Shown: piece by piece, positions 16,935 through 28,489 of the stretch | Position numbering within the stretch: the stretch's first letter is position 1 | Layout: the number at the start of each line of letters is the position of its first letter | Source of the DNA: Actinomycetota bacterium | Lineage (GTDB): Bacteria > Actinomycetota > UBA4738 > HRBIN12 | Direction: 5' to 3' | Assembly: GCA_046094605.1 (NCBI GenBank) | Contig: JBJTHT010000154.1 | Span: forward strand, 1-30,044 | DNA length: 30,044 bases | Position numbers and translations under genes: made by a program | Notes under the pieces: generated by a model | Told to the model about the DNA's origin: nothing | The model's input: the letters and a program-made list of their open reading frames with translations, nothing else | Databases searched by the model: none

Positions 16935-17933
16935 GTGAGCATGCGCTTCGCCTCGATCGCGGGCGTCGGCTCCGCCCTCCCCACCCGGGTCGTCCCCAAC
17001 GCGGAGTTCGCGACCTTCCTCGACACGAGCGACGAGTGGATCCGGGAGCGCACCGGGATCCGCGAGCGCCGCTTCGCCGCCGAGGGCGAGGCGACGTCGG
17101 ACCTCGCGACGGCGGCGGCGCGCGCGGCGCTCGCGAGCGCCGGCGTCGAGGTGGACCAGGTGGACCTCATCCTCGTCGCGACCTGCACGCCCGACACGCC
17201 CCTGCCCGCCACCGCGGTCTGGGTGCAGCGCAAGCTCGGCGCACGCTGCCCCGCCTTCGACCTCAACTCGGCCTGCGCGGGGTTCTCCTACGGCCTGGCG
17301 ACCGGTTCCGCCTTCGTGCGCACCGGGCAGTCGGAGACCGTGCTCGTCATCGGCGCGGAGGTCCTCTCCCGGGTCGTGAACATGGAGGACCGCGGCACGT
17401 GCATCCTCTTCGGGGACGGCGCCGGCGCCGTGGTCCTGCGACCGTCGACCGACCCCGGCATCATCGGGTCGGTGCTCGGTGCCGATGGCCACGCCGCGGA
17501 ACTCCTCATCATCCCGACGGGCGGCACGGCGCGGCCCGCGACGGCCGAGCGCATCGCCGCGCACGAGAACACGATCGCGATGCCGAACGGACGCGACGTG
17601 TTCAAGCGGGCCGTCACGGAGATGGCCGCGGCGTGCCGTGAACTCCTCGACGAACACGGCGTCGGACCCGCCGACGTCGACGTCCTCGTCCCGCACCAGG
17701 CCAACCAGCGCATCATGGTCGCCGTCGCGGAGCGGCTCGGGATCCCCGAGGAGCGCTCGGTCCTCGACGTCGAGGAGGTCGGCAACACCTCGGCCGCCTC
17801 GGTGCCGATCGCGCTCGACCGTGCGGTGCGTGCGGGGCGCGTCCACGAGGGGAACCTCGTCCTCGTGACGTCGTTCGGCGCCGGCCTCTCCTGGGGCGCG
17901 AACCTCGTGCGGTGGGGGCGGGTGGGGGCGTGA
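16935..17933 (+). CDS. fabH: Beta-ketoacyl-ACP synthase III
   Basis: DTSDEWI.ERTGI.ER, SACAGF (Cys), PHQAN (His), GNTSAAS (Asn). Start 16935 (GTG) or 16941 (ATG). Confidence 0.97.
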   Translation: MSMRFASIAGVGSALPTRVVPNAEFATFLDTSDEWIRERTGIRERRFAAEGEATSDLATAAARAALASAGVEVDQVDLILVATCTPDTPLPATAVWVQRKLGARCPAFDLNSACAGFSYGLATGSAFVRTGQSETVLVIGAEVLSRVVNMEDRGTCILFGDGAGAVVLRPSTDPGIIGSVLGADGHAAELLIIPTGGTARPATAERIAAHENTIAMPNGRDVFKRAVTEMAAACRELLDEHGVGPADVDVLVPHQANQRIMVAVAERLGIPEERSVLDVEEVGNTSAASVPIALDRAVRAGRVHEGNLVLVTSFGAGLSWGANLVRWGRVGA

Positions 17934-18661
17934 AGGTCGCCGTCGTCACCGGCGCATCGCGCGGGATCGGCCGGGCCTCCGCGCTCGCCCTCGGTGCCGC
18001 GGGCTGGAAGGTCGCGCTCGGGTACCGGACCGACGAGGCCGAGGCGCGCGCGGCGCTCGGCGCGATCGAGGCGAGCGGCGGTTCCGGGATCGCGGTTCGG
18101 CTGGACCTGCTCGACGAGACCTCGATCGCGGAGGCGTTCCGCATCGCTGGCGAGGAACTGGGCCCCGTGACCGGCCTCGTCAACAACGCGGGGTACTCGA
18201 AGGACGGCCTCATCCTCCGGTACGCGAGCGACAGCTACGACCTCACGATGGACACCAACGTCCGCGGCGCATTCCTCTGCGCGCAGGCGGCCCTCCGCAC
18301 GATGCTCCGGGCGCGCTGGGGACGCATCGTGAACGTCTCATCGGCGATCGCGATCCGCGCCAACGCCGGCCAGAGCGCGTACGCGACGTCGAAGACCGCG
18401 CTCCTCGGCCTCACGCGGGCGCTGGCCCGCGAGGTGGGCGCGCGCGGCATCACCGTCAACGCCGTGTGCCCGGGGCTCGTCGAGACGGAGATGACCTCCC
18501 ACCTGGACGAGGACGCGCGTCGGTTCTACATCGACCAGACGCCCGTCGGGCGCACCGCCACGCTGGAGGAGGTCGCGGCCGCGGTCGTGTTCCTCATGTC
18601 GGACGCGGCCTCCTACGTGAACGGCGTCACCCTCCCCGTGGACGGGGGGCTGACGGCGTAA
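17930..18661 (+). CDS. fabG: 3-oxoacyl-ACP reductase (SDR)
   Basis: TGASRGIG, VNNAG, YATSK, VNAVCPG..ET.MT. GTG at 17930 overlaps the fabH TGA. Confidence 0.92.
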   Translation: MKVAVVTGASRGIGRASALALGAAGWKVALGYRTDEAEARAALGAIEASGGSGIAVRLDLLDETSIAEAFRIAGEELGPVTGLVNNAGYSKDGLILRYASDSYDLTMDTNVRGAFLCAQAALRTMLRARWGRIVNVSSAIAIRANAGQSAYATSKTALLGLTRALAREVGARGITVNAVCPGLVETEMTSHLDEDARRFYIDQTPVGRTATLEEVAAAVVFLMSDAASYVNGVTLPVDGGLTA

Positions 18662-18745
18662 GGTCAGGGCCCCGGCCGGACGGTCGGCGACCCGAAGCAC
18701 GAGGCACCACCCGTACGGATGACAGGGACGACAAGGAGGACGGAC

Positions 18746-18994
18746 ATGGACAGGGCTTCCATCGAGGCTCGCGTGAAGGAACTGCTCGCGGAACAGCTCG
18801 CGGTCGACGCGGCGAAGGTCACCTCGGAGGCGCGCTTCGCCGAGGACCTGAACGCCGACTCGCTCGACCTCGTCGAGGCGGTGCTCGCCCTCGAGGAGGA
18901 GTGGAGCATCGAGATCCCCGAGGAGGAGATGGAGGGCGTCAAGACCGTCGGCCAGGCCGTCGACCTCGTGATGGGCAAGCTCGGAGCCAAGTAG
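18746..18994 (+). CDS. acpP: Acyl carrier protein
   Basis: F.EDLNADSLDLVE (phosphopantetheine Ser), acidic; AAGGAGG SD before ATG 18746. Confidence 0.96.
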   Translation: MDRASIEARVKELLAEQLAVDAAKVTSEARFAEDLNADSLDLVEAVLALEEEWSIEIPEEEMEGVKTVGQAVDLVMGKLGAK

Positions 18995-18998
18995 CCGC

Positions 18999-20221
<1,223 letters not shown>

Positions 20222-20225
<4 letters not shown>

Positions 20226-20626
20226 CCGAAGAACAGCGCGAGCTCGCGCTCTGCCGACGCCGGCGAATCGCTCCCGTGCACGATGTTCTCCGTGATCACG
20301 GTCGCGAGGTCCCCGCGGATCGTGCCGGGCGGCGCCGTCGTCGGATTCGTCGGTCCCATGAGGGTGCGCAGCGCCGTGATGGCCTCCTCGCCCTCGACAC
20401 GGGCGATGACGACCGGCCCGGACGTGATGAAGGCCACGAGCTCGCCGAAGAAGGGCTTGTCCTTGTGTTCGCCGTAGTGGCGCTCGGCGAGGGCGCGGTC
20501 GATCGTGATCATGCGGACATCCGCGACGCGCAACCCCTTGCGCTCGACGCGGCGGAGGACCTCCCCGGTCAGGCCGCGGCGCACGCCGTCCGGCTTCACG
20601 ATCAGCAGCGTGGCTTCGACGGTCAC
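20222..20626 (-). CDS. ndk: Nucleoside diphosphate kinase
   Basis: [38 protein letters not shown]; SD GGAGG. Confidence 0.98.
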
Positions 20627-21851
20627 GGGGCTCCCTCCAGCGCCCGGCGGGCGTCGGCCACAGTATAGAGAGACCCCGTCACGAGGATGCAGTCGGCGTC
20701 GGGAGACCGGCTCCCTCGAGGATCGCCGCCATGTCCGCGGCGTCGCGCGATCGCGGGTTCCCGTTGGCCGTCGCGTACGCGCGGTCCACGAGCGGTGCGA
20801 GCGGCGCGACGACGCCCGCGGTGTCCTTGTCGGCGAAGGCCGCGATCACGAGGTGGAGGCGTTCCCAGGTGAACGTCGCCGGCAGCGCCTCGGCGAGCGC
20901 GACAGCGGCCGCCGGGTTGTGCGCGCCGTCGAGGACGACGAGCGGACGACGCCCGACCACCTCGAGGCGACCCGGCGACGTCGCGGTCGCGAGCGCCTCG
21001 CGGAGCGCGTCCTCGTCGAGGCCGCGGCCGAGGATCGCCTCGACCGCGACGATCGCCGCAGCGGCGTTGGCGCCCGCGAAGGAACCGAAGAGGGAGAGCA
21101 GCACGTCCTCGTAGGTGCCATGCAGGCCGCGGACCGTGATCGACTGGCCGCCGACGGCCGCGACGGCGCGCTGGAGCGCCCAGTCCTGACCTTCGAGGCG
21201 GAGCGTCGCGCCGACCGCGGCGCAGCGACCCTCGATCACGGCGAGGGCGGAGGGGACCTGCTCGCGCACGACGGCGACCTTGCCCGGCTTGATGATCCCC
21301 GACTTCTCCCCCGCGATGGCGGCCTCGGTGGCCCCGAGTTCCGGGTGATCGATGCCGATCGGGCACAGGACCGCGACGTCGCCCGCGACGAGGTTCGTCG
21401 CGTCCCACGTCCCGCCCATCCCGACCTCGACGACGGCGAGGTCGACCGGACGGTCCGCGAACCAGACGAGGCCGAGCGTCGTGAGCGCCTCGAAGTAGGT
21501 CACCTGACCGACGCGCTGATCCACCGTGGTGAGGAACGGGAGCAGGTACTCGTAGGCATCCGCGAACGCGCGCTCGCCGATCGGCTCCCCGCAGACCGCC
21601 ATGCGCTCGGTCACGGACAGCAGGTGCGGCGAGGTGTAGAGCCCGGTGGTGAGCCCGTGGGCGCAGGCGATCGCCGCGGCCAGCCGCGCGGTCGTGGTCT
21701 TGCCGTTGGTCCCCGTGACGTGGATCGTCGGGTAGGTGCGCTGCGGCTCGTCGAGCAGGTCGAAGAGCGCACGCATGCGGTCGAGATCCGGTTTCGGGGA
21801 ACCCTCCGGCTGCCGGCCGTCGAGGTCCGCGAGGGCCTCGTCGAGGCGCAC
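20623..21851 (-). pseudogene. folC: Folylpolyglutamate synthase/dihydrofolate synthase, frameshifted near 20700
   Basis: HVTGTNGKTT, YTSPHL, EVGMGG.WDATN, GRLE, LDGAHNP in a frame stopping at 20679. The conserved ILVTGSLY tail is in another frame ending at 20623. Real lesion or assembly error. Confidence 0.8.
20662..20667 (-). promoter_or_regulatory. Putative -10 box TATACT inside the folC 3' end, driving ndk
   Basis: Near-consensus hexamer in the Tyr-Thr codons, 35 nt upstream of the ndk GTG. Confidence 0.5.
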
Positions 21852-21853
21852 GG

Positions 21854-24382
21854 TCAGTCCTCGGGAGCGAGCTCGACGACGACGCCGGGCTCGCCGTCGG
21901 CGGTCGCGAGCGTCTCGATCGCGCCGGCGCCGACGAGGTCGCGCTCGACCTGTCGGAGCGCGCCGAGGCGCGCGGCGTCGCCGCGCACCTCGGCGCGCCG
22001 CACGGGCGCGCGGAGCGAACGCTTGGCGAGCGCCTTCTCGCGGCGGACCGCCGTGAGCACCTCGGCAGCGCCGGCGTAGACGAGCGGATCGCCATCGGCG
22101 GCGACCTCGTCCTCCGCGGGCCACGGCTGCCGGTGGACCGACCCCTCGCGCCACCAGGACCAGACCTCCTCCGTCACGTACGGCAGGAAGGGCGCGAACA
22201 GACGCAGCAGCACGACGAGCGCGGTGCGCAGGGCCGTGACGGCGGAGGTCGCCGCGGCGTCGCCGTCGTTGCCGTAGGCGCGGTTCTTCACGAGTTCCAC
22301 GTAGTCGTCCGTGAAGCCCCAGAAGAAGCGCTCGACGGCGTCGAGGGCACGCGCGTGGTCGTACGCCTCGAGGGCCTCGGTCGCCTCGCGGACGACCCCG
22401 CGGAGGGTGGCGAGCATGGCCCGATCGATCGGTTCCGTGACCTCGCCCGCCGGCGCGTCGAAGCCGAGGGCGAACCGGGAGGCGTTCAGGATCTTGATCG
22501 CGAGGCGGCGGCCGACCTTGATCTGCGCCTCCTCGAAGGCCGTGTCGATGCCCAGGCGCGCGCTCGCCGCCCAGTAGCGGACCGCGTCCGCGCCGTGCTG
22601 CTCGATCACGGGCATCGGCGTGATCACGTTGCCCTTGGACTTGGACATCTTCTTGCGATCGGGGTCGAGCACCCATCCGCTGATCGCGGCGTTGCGCCAC
22701 GGGAGCGTGCCGTGCGCCAGTTCCGACTTGAGCACCGTGTAGAAGAGCCAGGTGCGGATGATGTCGTGGCCCTGCGGGCGGAGGTCCATCGGGAACACGC
22801 GCGCGAAGAGATCCGGATCGTCCTCCCAGCGCGCGGCGATCTCGGGCGAGACCGAGGAGGTGGCCCACGTGTCCATGACGTCGGGGTCGCCGATGAACCC
22901 GCCGGGGACCCCGCGCCGGTCGGCCGTGTAGCCGTCCGGGACGTCCGTGGCCGGGTCGACCGGCAGGCGGTCCTCCGACGCGACGATCGGGCGGTCGTGG
23001 CTCGGTTCCCCGCGGTCGTCGAGCGGATACCAGACCGGGAACGGCACGCCGAAGAAGCGCTGCCGGCTGATGCACCAGTCGCCGTTCAACCCCTCCACCC
23101 ACGACTCGTAGCGCGAGCGCATGTGCTCGGGGTGCCAGCGGAGCTCTCGGCCGCGCGCCACGAGGCGCTCGCGGTGGGCGATCGTGCGCACGAACCACTG
23201 GCGGCTGGAGATGACCTCCAGCGGCCGGTCGCCGCGCTCGTAGAACTTGACGACGTGGCGCACGACGGACGGCTCGCCGAGGAGGTCGCCGGAGATCGCG
23301 AGGAGCTCCGCGATGCGTGCGCGGGCCTTCTTCGCGGTGAGCCCCGCGAGCTCCCCGTGGGCGGAGCGCGCGCCGTCGACGTCGCGGGACTCCCAGCCCG
23401 GTTCGCCCCAGCGCGGCGGGAGGATCGTGCCGTCGCGGCCGACGACCACGCGGGTCGGCAGTCGGAGTTCCCGCCACCAGGTCACGTCGGTCACGTCGCC
23501 GAACGTGCAGATCATCGCGATGCCGGTCCCCTTCTCCGGGTCGGCGAGCGGATGGGCGACGACGGGGACGGGAACGCGGAACAGGGGCGTCAGGACGGTG
23601 GAGCCGACGAGGTCCCCGGCCCGCGCGTCGTCGGGGTTGATGACGAGGGCCACGCAGGCGGGCAGGAGCTCGGGGCGCGACGTCTCGATCTCGACCGTGC
23701 CGCCGCCCTCGCGCTCGAACCGGACGCGGTGGTAGCGACCCTCCGTCTCGCGGTCCTCGATCTCCGCCTGCGCGACCGCGGTGCGGAAGTCGACGTCCCA
23801 CATCGTCGGCGCCTCGACCGAGTAGGCCTCGCCGCGCGCGAGCATGCGCAGGAACGCGCGCTGGGAGGTCCGACGGGAGGCCGCGTCGATCGTCGTGTAC
23901 GAGATCGTCCAGTCCACCGAGAGGCCGAGCCTGCGGAACAGCGCTTCGAACGCCTTCTCGTCCTCGGCGGTGAGGCGCTCGCAGAGTTCGATGAAGTTCG
24001 GGCGCGAGACGGCGACCGGCTGCTCGGGCGTCCCGAGCGACGCGGTGTCGAGGTCCGGGACGTACGGGAGCGACGGATCGCAGCGCGCGCCGAAGAAGTT
24101 CTGGACGCGGCGCTCGGTGGGGAGCCCGTTGTCGTCCCAGCCCATCGGGTAGAAGACCGTGCGACCACGCATGCGCTGGTAGCGCGCCACGAGGTCGGTG
24201 TGCGTGTAGGACATCACGTGACCCGCGTGGAGGTAGCCGGACGCCGTGGGGGGCGGCGTGTCGATCGCGTAGACGTCCTCGCGCGGACGGGTGCGGTCGA
24301 AGCGGTAGGTCCCGTCGCGCTCCCAGCGCTCGTCCCAGACCGCCTCGAGCCCGTCGAGGGACGGCTTCTCGGGGACCGGCAT
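21854..24382 (-). CDS. valS: Valine--tRNA ligase (type lacking the C-terminal coiled-coil arm)
   Basis: [64 protein letters not shown]; 842 aa. Confidence 0.98.
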   Translation of the reverse strand: MPVPEKPSLDGLEAVWDERWERDGTYRFDRTRPREDVYAIDTPPPTASGYLHAGHVMSYTHTDLVARYQRMRGRTVFYPMGWDDNGLPTERRVQNFFGARCDPSLPYVPDLDTASLGTPEQPVAVSRPNFIELCERLTAEDEKAFEALFRRLGLSVDWTISYTTIDAASRRTSQRAFLRMLARGEAYSVEAPTMWDVDFRTAVAQAEIEDRETEGRYHRVRFEREGGGTVEIETSRPELLPACVALVINPDDARAGDLVGSTVLTPLFRVPVPVVAHPLADPEKGTGIAMICTFGDVTDVTWWRELRLPTRVVVGRDGTILPPRWGEPGWESRDVDGARSAHGELAGLTAKKARARIAELLAISGDLLGEPSVVRHVVKFYERGDRPLEVISSRQWFVRTIAHRERLVARGRELRWHPEHMRSRYESWVEGLNGDWCISRQRFFGVPFPVWYPLDDRGEPSHDRPIVASEDRLPVDPATDVPDGYTADRRGVPGGFIGDPDVMDTWATSSVSPEIAARWEDDPDLFARVFPMDLRPQGHDIIRTWLFYTVLKSELAHGTLPWRNAAISGWVLDPDRKKMSKSKGNVITPMPVIEQHGADAVRYWAASARLGIDTAFEEAQIKVGRRLAIKILNASRFALGFDAPAGEVTEPIDRAMLATLRGVVREATEALEAYDHARALDAVERFFWGFTDDYVELVKNRAYGNDGDAAATSAVTALRTALVVLLRLFAPFLPYVTEEVWSWWREGSVHRQPWPAEDEVAADGDPLVYAGAAEVLTAVRREKALAKRSLRAPVRRAEVRGDAARLGALRQVERDLVGAGAIETLATADGEPGVVVELAPED

Positions 24383-24390
24383 ACGCGCGG

Positions 24391-24396
24391 AGTCTA
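24391..24396 (-). promoter_or_regulatory. Putative -10 box TAGACT, (near-)leaderless valS
   Basis: TAGACT-ccgcgcgt-ATG (8-nt spacer). Confidence 0.55.
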
Positions 24397-24428
24397 GCGA
24401 GGGACGGGCTGGCCGGCGGGGCGAAGCG

Positions 24429-25691
24429 TCAGGCCGACTTCTCCGTGCGCTGGCGCTTGGTGGGCTTCACCGGCACGAGCGTCGGGTTGACCTTCTTGGC
24501 CACCACCTCGGCGTCGATCACGCAACGGTTCACGTCCTTGCGCGACGGCAGCTCGTACATCGTGTTGAGGAGGACCTCCTCGAGGATCGCGCGGAGCCCG
24601 CGTGCGCCCGTGCCGCGGAGGATCGCTTGGTCGGCGACCGCCTCGAGGGCGTCGGGCGTGAACTCGAGGTCCACGCCGTCGAACTCGAAGAACCGGCGGT
24701 ACTGGCGCACGAGCGCGTTCTTGGGCTTCGTGAGGATGTCGACGAGGGCGAGCTTGTCGAGGTTGTGGACGTTCGTGATGACCGGCAGCCGCCCGACGAA
24801 CTCGGGGATCAGACCGAACTTGAGCAGGTCCTCCGGCAGCGTCTGCTCGAGGATCGCGCCCACGGGCTTCTCCCCGACCCGACGCACGTCCGCGCCGAAC
24901 CCGACCCCGCGGGTCCCGGTGCGCGACTCGATCAGCTTCTCGAGGCCGGCGAACGCACCGCCGCAGATGAAGAGGATGTTCGTCGTGTCGATCTGGATGA
25001 ACTCCTGGTGGGGGTGCTTGCGCCCGCCCTGCGGCGGCACCGACGCGGTCGTCCCCTCGAGGATCTTGAGGAGCGCCTGCTGCACACCCTCACCGGACAC
25101 GTCGCGCGTGATCGACGGGTTCTCGCTCTTGCGGGCGATCTTGTCGATCTCGTCGATGTAGATGATGCCCGTCTCGGCCTTCTTGACGTCGTAGTCGGCA
25201 GCCTGGATCAGCTTGAGCAGGATGTTCTCGACGTCCTCACCGACGTAGCCCGCCTCGGTGAGCGCCGTGGCGTCCGCGATCGCGAAGGGGACGTTGAGCA
25301 TCCGCGCGAGCGTCTGCGCGAGGAGCGTCTTGCCGCAGCCGGTCGGGCCGAGGATCAGGATGTTGGACTTCTGGAGCTCGACGTCGCCGTCCTTCGCGCC
25401 GACCTGGATGCGCTTGTAGTGGTTGTAGACGGCGACCGAGAGGACCTTCTTCGCGTGCTCCTGGCCGACGACGTACTCGTCGAGGAACGCGTAGATCTCC
25501 TGCGGCTTCGGGAGTTCGTCGAGCTTGAGCTCCGCGTTCTCGGCGAGCTCCTCCTCGATGATCTCGTTGCAGAGGTCGATGCACTCGTCGCAGATGTAGA
25601 CGCCGGGGCCGGCGATGAGCTTCTTGACCTGCTTCTGGCTCTTCCCGCAGAACGAGCACTTGAGGAGATCCGAGTCCCCGATGCGCGTCAT
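24429..25691 (-). CDS. clpX: ATP-dependent Clp protease ATP-binding subunit ClpX
   Basis: C4 Zn domain CSFCGKSQ...[43 protein letters not shown] loop, GARGLR. Confidence 0.99.
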   Translation of the reverse strand: MTRIGDSDLLKCSFCGKSQKQVKKLIAGPGVYICDECIDLCNEIIEEELAENAELKLDELPKPQEIYAFLDEYVVGQEHAKKVLSVAVYNHYKRIQVGAKDGDVELQKSNILILGPTGCGKTLLAQTLARMLNVPFAIADATALTEAGYVGEDVENILLKLIQAADYDVKKAETGIIYIDEIDKIARKSENPSITRDVSGEGVQQALLKILEGTTASVPPQGGRKHPHQEFIQIDTTNILFICGGAFAGLEKLIESRTGTRGVGFGADVRRVGEKPVGAILEQTLPEDLLKFGLIPEFVGRLPVITNVHNLDKLALVDILTKPKNALVRQYRRFFEFDGVDLEFTPDALEAVADQAILRGTGARGLRAILEEVLLNTMYELPSRKDVNRCVIDAEVVAKKVNPTLVPVKPTKRQRTEKSA

Positions 25692-25742
25692 CCGCGTCCC
25701 CTGTCGTCCGTGGCCGGTCGTCCCGGGCCGAGACCCGCGATG

Positions 25743-26381
25743 CTACTTCCCGCCGGCGGCCGCGGCCGTCAAGCCGGGGCGGAGTTTCCGGCTCGAGATG
25801 ACCTCGTCCACGATGCCGTAGGCCACGGCCTCCTCGGACGAGAGGATGTAGTCGCGGTCGGTGTCGGCCTTGACCTTGGCCACGGTCTGCCCGGTGTGCT
25901 CGGCGATGATCTCCTCGAGGAGGCTGCGGTAGCGCAGGATCTCCTTGGCCTGGATCTCGATGTCCACGGCCTGCCCCTGGGCGCCGCCGTGGGGCTGGTG
26001 CAGGAGGACGCGCGAGTGCGGGAGCGCGTAGCGCTTGCCCTTCGTGCCGGCGAGCAGGATCACCGCGGCGGCGGACGCGGCCTGCCCCATCACGGTCGTC
26101 GACACGTCGCACTTGACGTACTGCATCGTGTCGTAGATCGCGAAGAGGGCGGTGATGTCCCCGCCCGGGGAGTTGATGTAGAGGTTGATGTCCTTGTCGG
26201 GGTCCTCGCTCTCGAGGTGCAGGAGCTGGGCCATGATGAGGTTGCCGACGTTGTCGTCGATCGGCGTGCCGAGGAACACGATGCGCTCCTTGAGCAGCCG
26301 CGAGTAGATGTCGAACGCGCGCTCGCCGCGGCTCGTCTGCTCGACGACCGTCGGGACCAGGTAGTTGCGGAGATCGCTCAT
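25743..26381 (-). CDS. clpP: ATP-dependent Clp protease proteolytic subunit
   Basis: [25 protein letters not shown] (Ser), HQP (His), DTDRD (Asp); ATGA overlap with tig. Confidence 0.98.
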   Translation of the reverse strand: MSDLRNYLVPTVVEQTSRGERAFDIYSRLLKERIVFLGTPIDDNVGNLIMAQLLHLESEDPDKDINLYINSPGGDITALFAIYDTMQYVKCDVSTTVMGQAASAAAVILLAGTKGKRYALPHSRVLLHQPHGGAQGQAVDIEIQAKEILRYRSLLEEIIAEHTGQTVAKVKADTDRDYILSSEEAVAYGIVDEVISSRKLRPGLTAAAAGGK

Positions 26382-27724
26382 GACGCTCCTTCCGATCGGG
26401 ACTCCCCCGCGGGAGCGGCACCACCGGAGGCAACCTCGGGGGTGACGGCCGCGTGCTCGACGAGGATGTCGAGCGCCTTGGACCTGATGATATCACCGGC
26501 CAACGCCACGATCTGACCGCTGCGGTCGAGCGAGGTCGCGACCTCCTTGGGGTCGCGACCGAGCGAGGCCGCGATGGACGCGACCTCTCGGCCGAGCTCC
26601 TCCGGCGTCACCTCGATGTCCTCGGTGCGGGCGACCGCCTCGAGGGCGAGGTCCTGGGTGATCGCGCGGATCGCGTGCGCGCGGGCGTCCTCGCGGAACC
26701 GGGCTTCGTCGAAGCCCTGCGCCGCGAGCGCCTGCTCGAGCGTGAGGCCGGCGCGGAGGGCGTTCTCGCGCGCGTGCGCGACGCGGTGCTCGGTCTCGTC
26801 GGCGACGAGGCTCTCCGGCAGGTCCACGGTCACCTTCTCGACCATCGCGGCGAGCACGCGGTCCCGCACGATCGCGTCGGCGGCGCGGTCACGGCTCTCG
26901 ACGAGCTGCCCGCGCAGCGCCTCGCGCAGCGCCGTCAGCGTGTCGAACTCCGACGAGAGCTTCGCCAGTTCGTCGTCGAGCGGCGGCAACTTCTTGGCCT
27001 TGACGTCCTTGACCAGGACGGTGAACTCGACGTCGGTCCCGGCTCGCTCCCCCGCGCGCTCGTCGAGGCGCGACGTGAAGCGGAGGATGTCGCCGGCGCG
27101 CTTGCCGCGCAGCTCCGTGTCGAACTCGGTCACGAAGGAACCCGACCCGACCTCGTAGAGCGCGTCGGGACGGGTGAGATCGGCGACCTCCTCGCCGCCC
27201 GCCATCGCGCGGATGTCCACGACCGCGTAGTCGCCGTCGGCGAGCGGACGCTCGACGGTCTCGAGTTCGGCGAACCGGTCGCGCAGGCGCTCGAGCGCCG
27301 CGTCGACGTCGGTCTCGGCGACCGCGGCGGTCGGTCGCTCGACCGCGAGCCCGCGGTACTCCTCCTGCGTGAAGGTCAGGCGCGGGCGCACCTCGACCTC
27401 GGCGGTGAACCGCAGCGGCGACGCGATGTCCACCGCGTCGAGGGAGATGTCGGGGTCGCCGATCGGCGCGAGGTCGTGCTCGCGCAGCGCGTCGCGGTAG
27501 TAGGCGGGGATCGTGATCTCGATGAACTCCTCGAGGACGGCGTCGCGGCCGATCTGGGCGTCGATCACCTTGCGGGGCGCCTTCCCGGTGCGGAACCCGG
27601 GGATGCGCACCTGCTCGGCGATGCGCCGGTAGGCCCGGTCGAGGTCCTTCCCGAACTCGTCGGGTGCGACCTCGATCGTCAGCTTGACCCGGTGGGCGCC
27701 GGCGGACTCGAGGGTGGTCTGCAC
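26378..27724 (-). CDS. tig: Trigger factor
   Basis: Ribosome-binding signature [14 protein letters not shown]-like middle domain, C-terminal chaperone domain. Confidence 0.97.
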   Translation of the reverse strand: MQTTLESAGAHRVKLTIEVAPDEFGKDLDRAYRRIAEQVRIPGFRTGKAPRKVIDAQIGRDAVLEEFIEITIPAYYRDALREHDLAPIGDPDISLDAVDIASPLRFTAEVEVRPRLTFTQEEYRGLAVERPTAAVAETDVDAALERLRDRFAELETVERPLADGDYAVVDIRAMAGGEEVADLTRPDALYEVGSGSFVTEFDTELRGKRAGDILRFTSRLDERAGERAGTDVEFTVLVKDVKAKKLPPLDDELAKLSSEFDTLTALREALRGQLVESRDRAADAIVRDRVLAAMVEKVTVDLPESLVADETEHRVAHARENALRAGLTLEQALAAQGFDEARFREDARAHAIRAITQDLALEAVARTEDIEVTPEELGREVASIAASLGRDPKEVATSLDRSGQIVALAGDIIRSKALDILVEHAAVTPEVASGGAAPAGESRSEGAS

Positions 27725-27731
27725 GGCGAGG

Positions 27732-27737
27732 AGGGTA
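27732..27737 (-). promoter_or_regulatory. Putative -10 box TACCCT, leaderless tig
   Basis: TACCCT-cctcgcc-GTG (7-nt spacer). Confidence 0.55.
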
Positions 27738-27755
27738 TCGGAAACCGCCGACGCC

Positions 27756-28232
27756 TCAGGGGCGGCGCGCGCCGCCCCGCGGGCGGCGCGCGGCCGCCGC
27801 CGCGTCCGCGAGGGTGTCGCTTCGCCGGCGGTAGTTCCGCAGGGCGAAGCGGTCGCAGGTGGTCTCCGCCGAGGTGCCCCGGCCCGTGCGCGCGTAGAGG
27901 TAGCAGTGCATGAACTCGTGCAGGTAGAGGAACCGCACCACCTGCCGCGGGGTCGAGAAGGTGACGCCCTCGGACACCGGGATGAAGCGCAGTTTCGACC
28001 CGGGCCGACGCACCGCGCCGACCGGCACGACCTCGCCGAAGGGAAGGAACGGCTCCGGGATCTGCAGCGTGATCCGGCGCTCGTCGAGCTCCGTGAGGGC
28101 CGAGAGGTGCGGCGCGATGCGGTAGCGCAGGGGCTTCACGATGACCTCGTAGCCGTCCACGGGCGGGAGCCCCGCGAGCATGCGGCGCACCTGCGACTCG
28201 GAGAGGTCGGGGTGGCGGGAGACCACGCGCAT
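27756..28232 (-). CDS. Small HExxH zinc-metallopeptidase-like hypothetical protein
   Basis: FLYLHEFMHCYL followed by AETTCDRFA (HExxH-x13-E..CD.FA); own -10 box; 158 aa. Confidence 0.75.
   Translation of the reverse strand: MRVVSRHPDLSESQVRRMLAGLPPVDGYEVIVKPLRYRIAPHLSALTELDERRITLQIPEPFLPFGEVVPVGAVRRPGSKLRFIPVSEGVTFSTPRQVVRFLYLHEFMHCYLYARTGRGTSAETTCDRFALRNYRRRSDTLADAAAAARRPRGGARRP
27759..27778. repeat. 20-bp perfect palindrome GGGGCGGCGCGCGCCGCCCC, terminator-like hairpin at the end of the HExxH gene
   Basis: Self-complementary; GGGCGGCGCGCG is repeated at 27781-27792. Confidence 0.5.
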
Positions 28233-28238
28233 GGCCCG

Positions 28239-28244
28239 ACGGTA
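28239..28244 (-). promoter_or_regulatory. Putative -10 box TACCGT, leaderless HExxH gene
   Basis: TACCGT-cgggcc-ATG (6-nt spacer), just past the tRNA-Pro 3' end. Confidence 0.55.
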
Positions 28245-28250
28245 CCGCCG

Positions 28251-28324
28251 TCGGGGCGGGCGGATTCGAACCGCCGGCTTCCTGCTCCCAAAGCAGGCGC
28301 GCTACCTGGCTGCGCTACGCCCCG
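28251..28324 (-). tRNA. tRNA-Pro(TGG)
   Basis: 74-nt cloverleaf, C1-G72, A73, anticodon stem CCTGC/GCAGG with loop TTTGGGA. CCA not encoded. Confidence 0.97.
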
Positions 28325-28331
28325 TCGCCCG

Positions 28332-28337
28332 ATGGTA
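28332..28337 (-). promoter_or_regulatory. Putative -10 box TACCAT for tRNA-Pro
   Basis: TANNNT 7 nt upstream of the tRNA 5' end. Confidence 0.5.
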
Positions 28338-28380
28338 GCCCGGCGGGCGGCGCACGCACGGCTGGCGCGCCGGGACCGGG

Positions 28381-28389
28381 TGCTACCCT
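28381..28389 (+). promoter_or_regulatory. Putative extended -10 TGC-TACCCT for tRNA-Gly
   Basis: TGn-TANNNT 12 nt upstream of the tRNA 5' end. Confidence 0.5.
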
Positions 28390-28401
28390 GCCGCCGGAGC
28401 C

Positions 28402-28472
<71 letters not shown>

Positions 28473-28489
28473 CCGAGGAACCGACCCGG

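Noticed and set aside
18662-18745. Riboswitch or sRNA in the fabG-acpP gap
   Set aside because: Only short GC stems and a normal SD; no recognisable family.
20700-20706. Programmed -1 ribosomal frameshift in folC
   Set aside because: No slippery heptamer, and the joined product still appears to lack a segment; a deletion or assembly error is more parsimonious.
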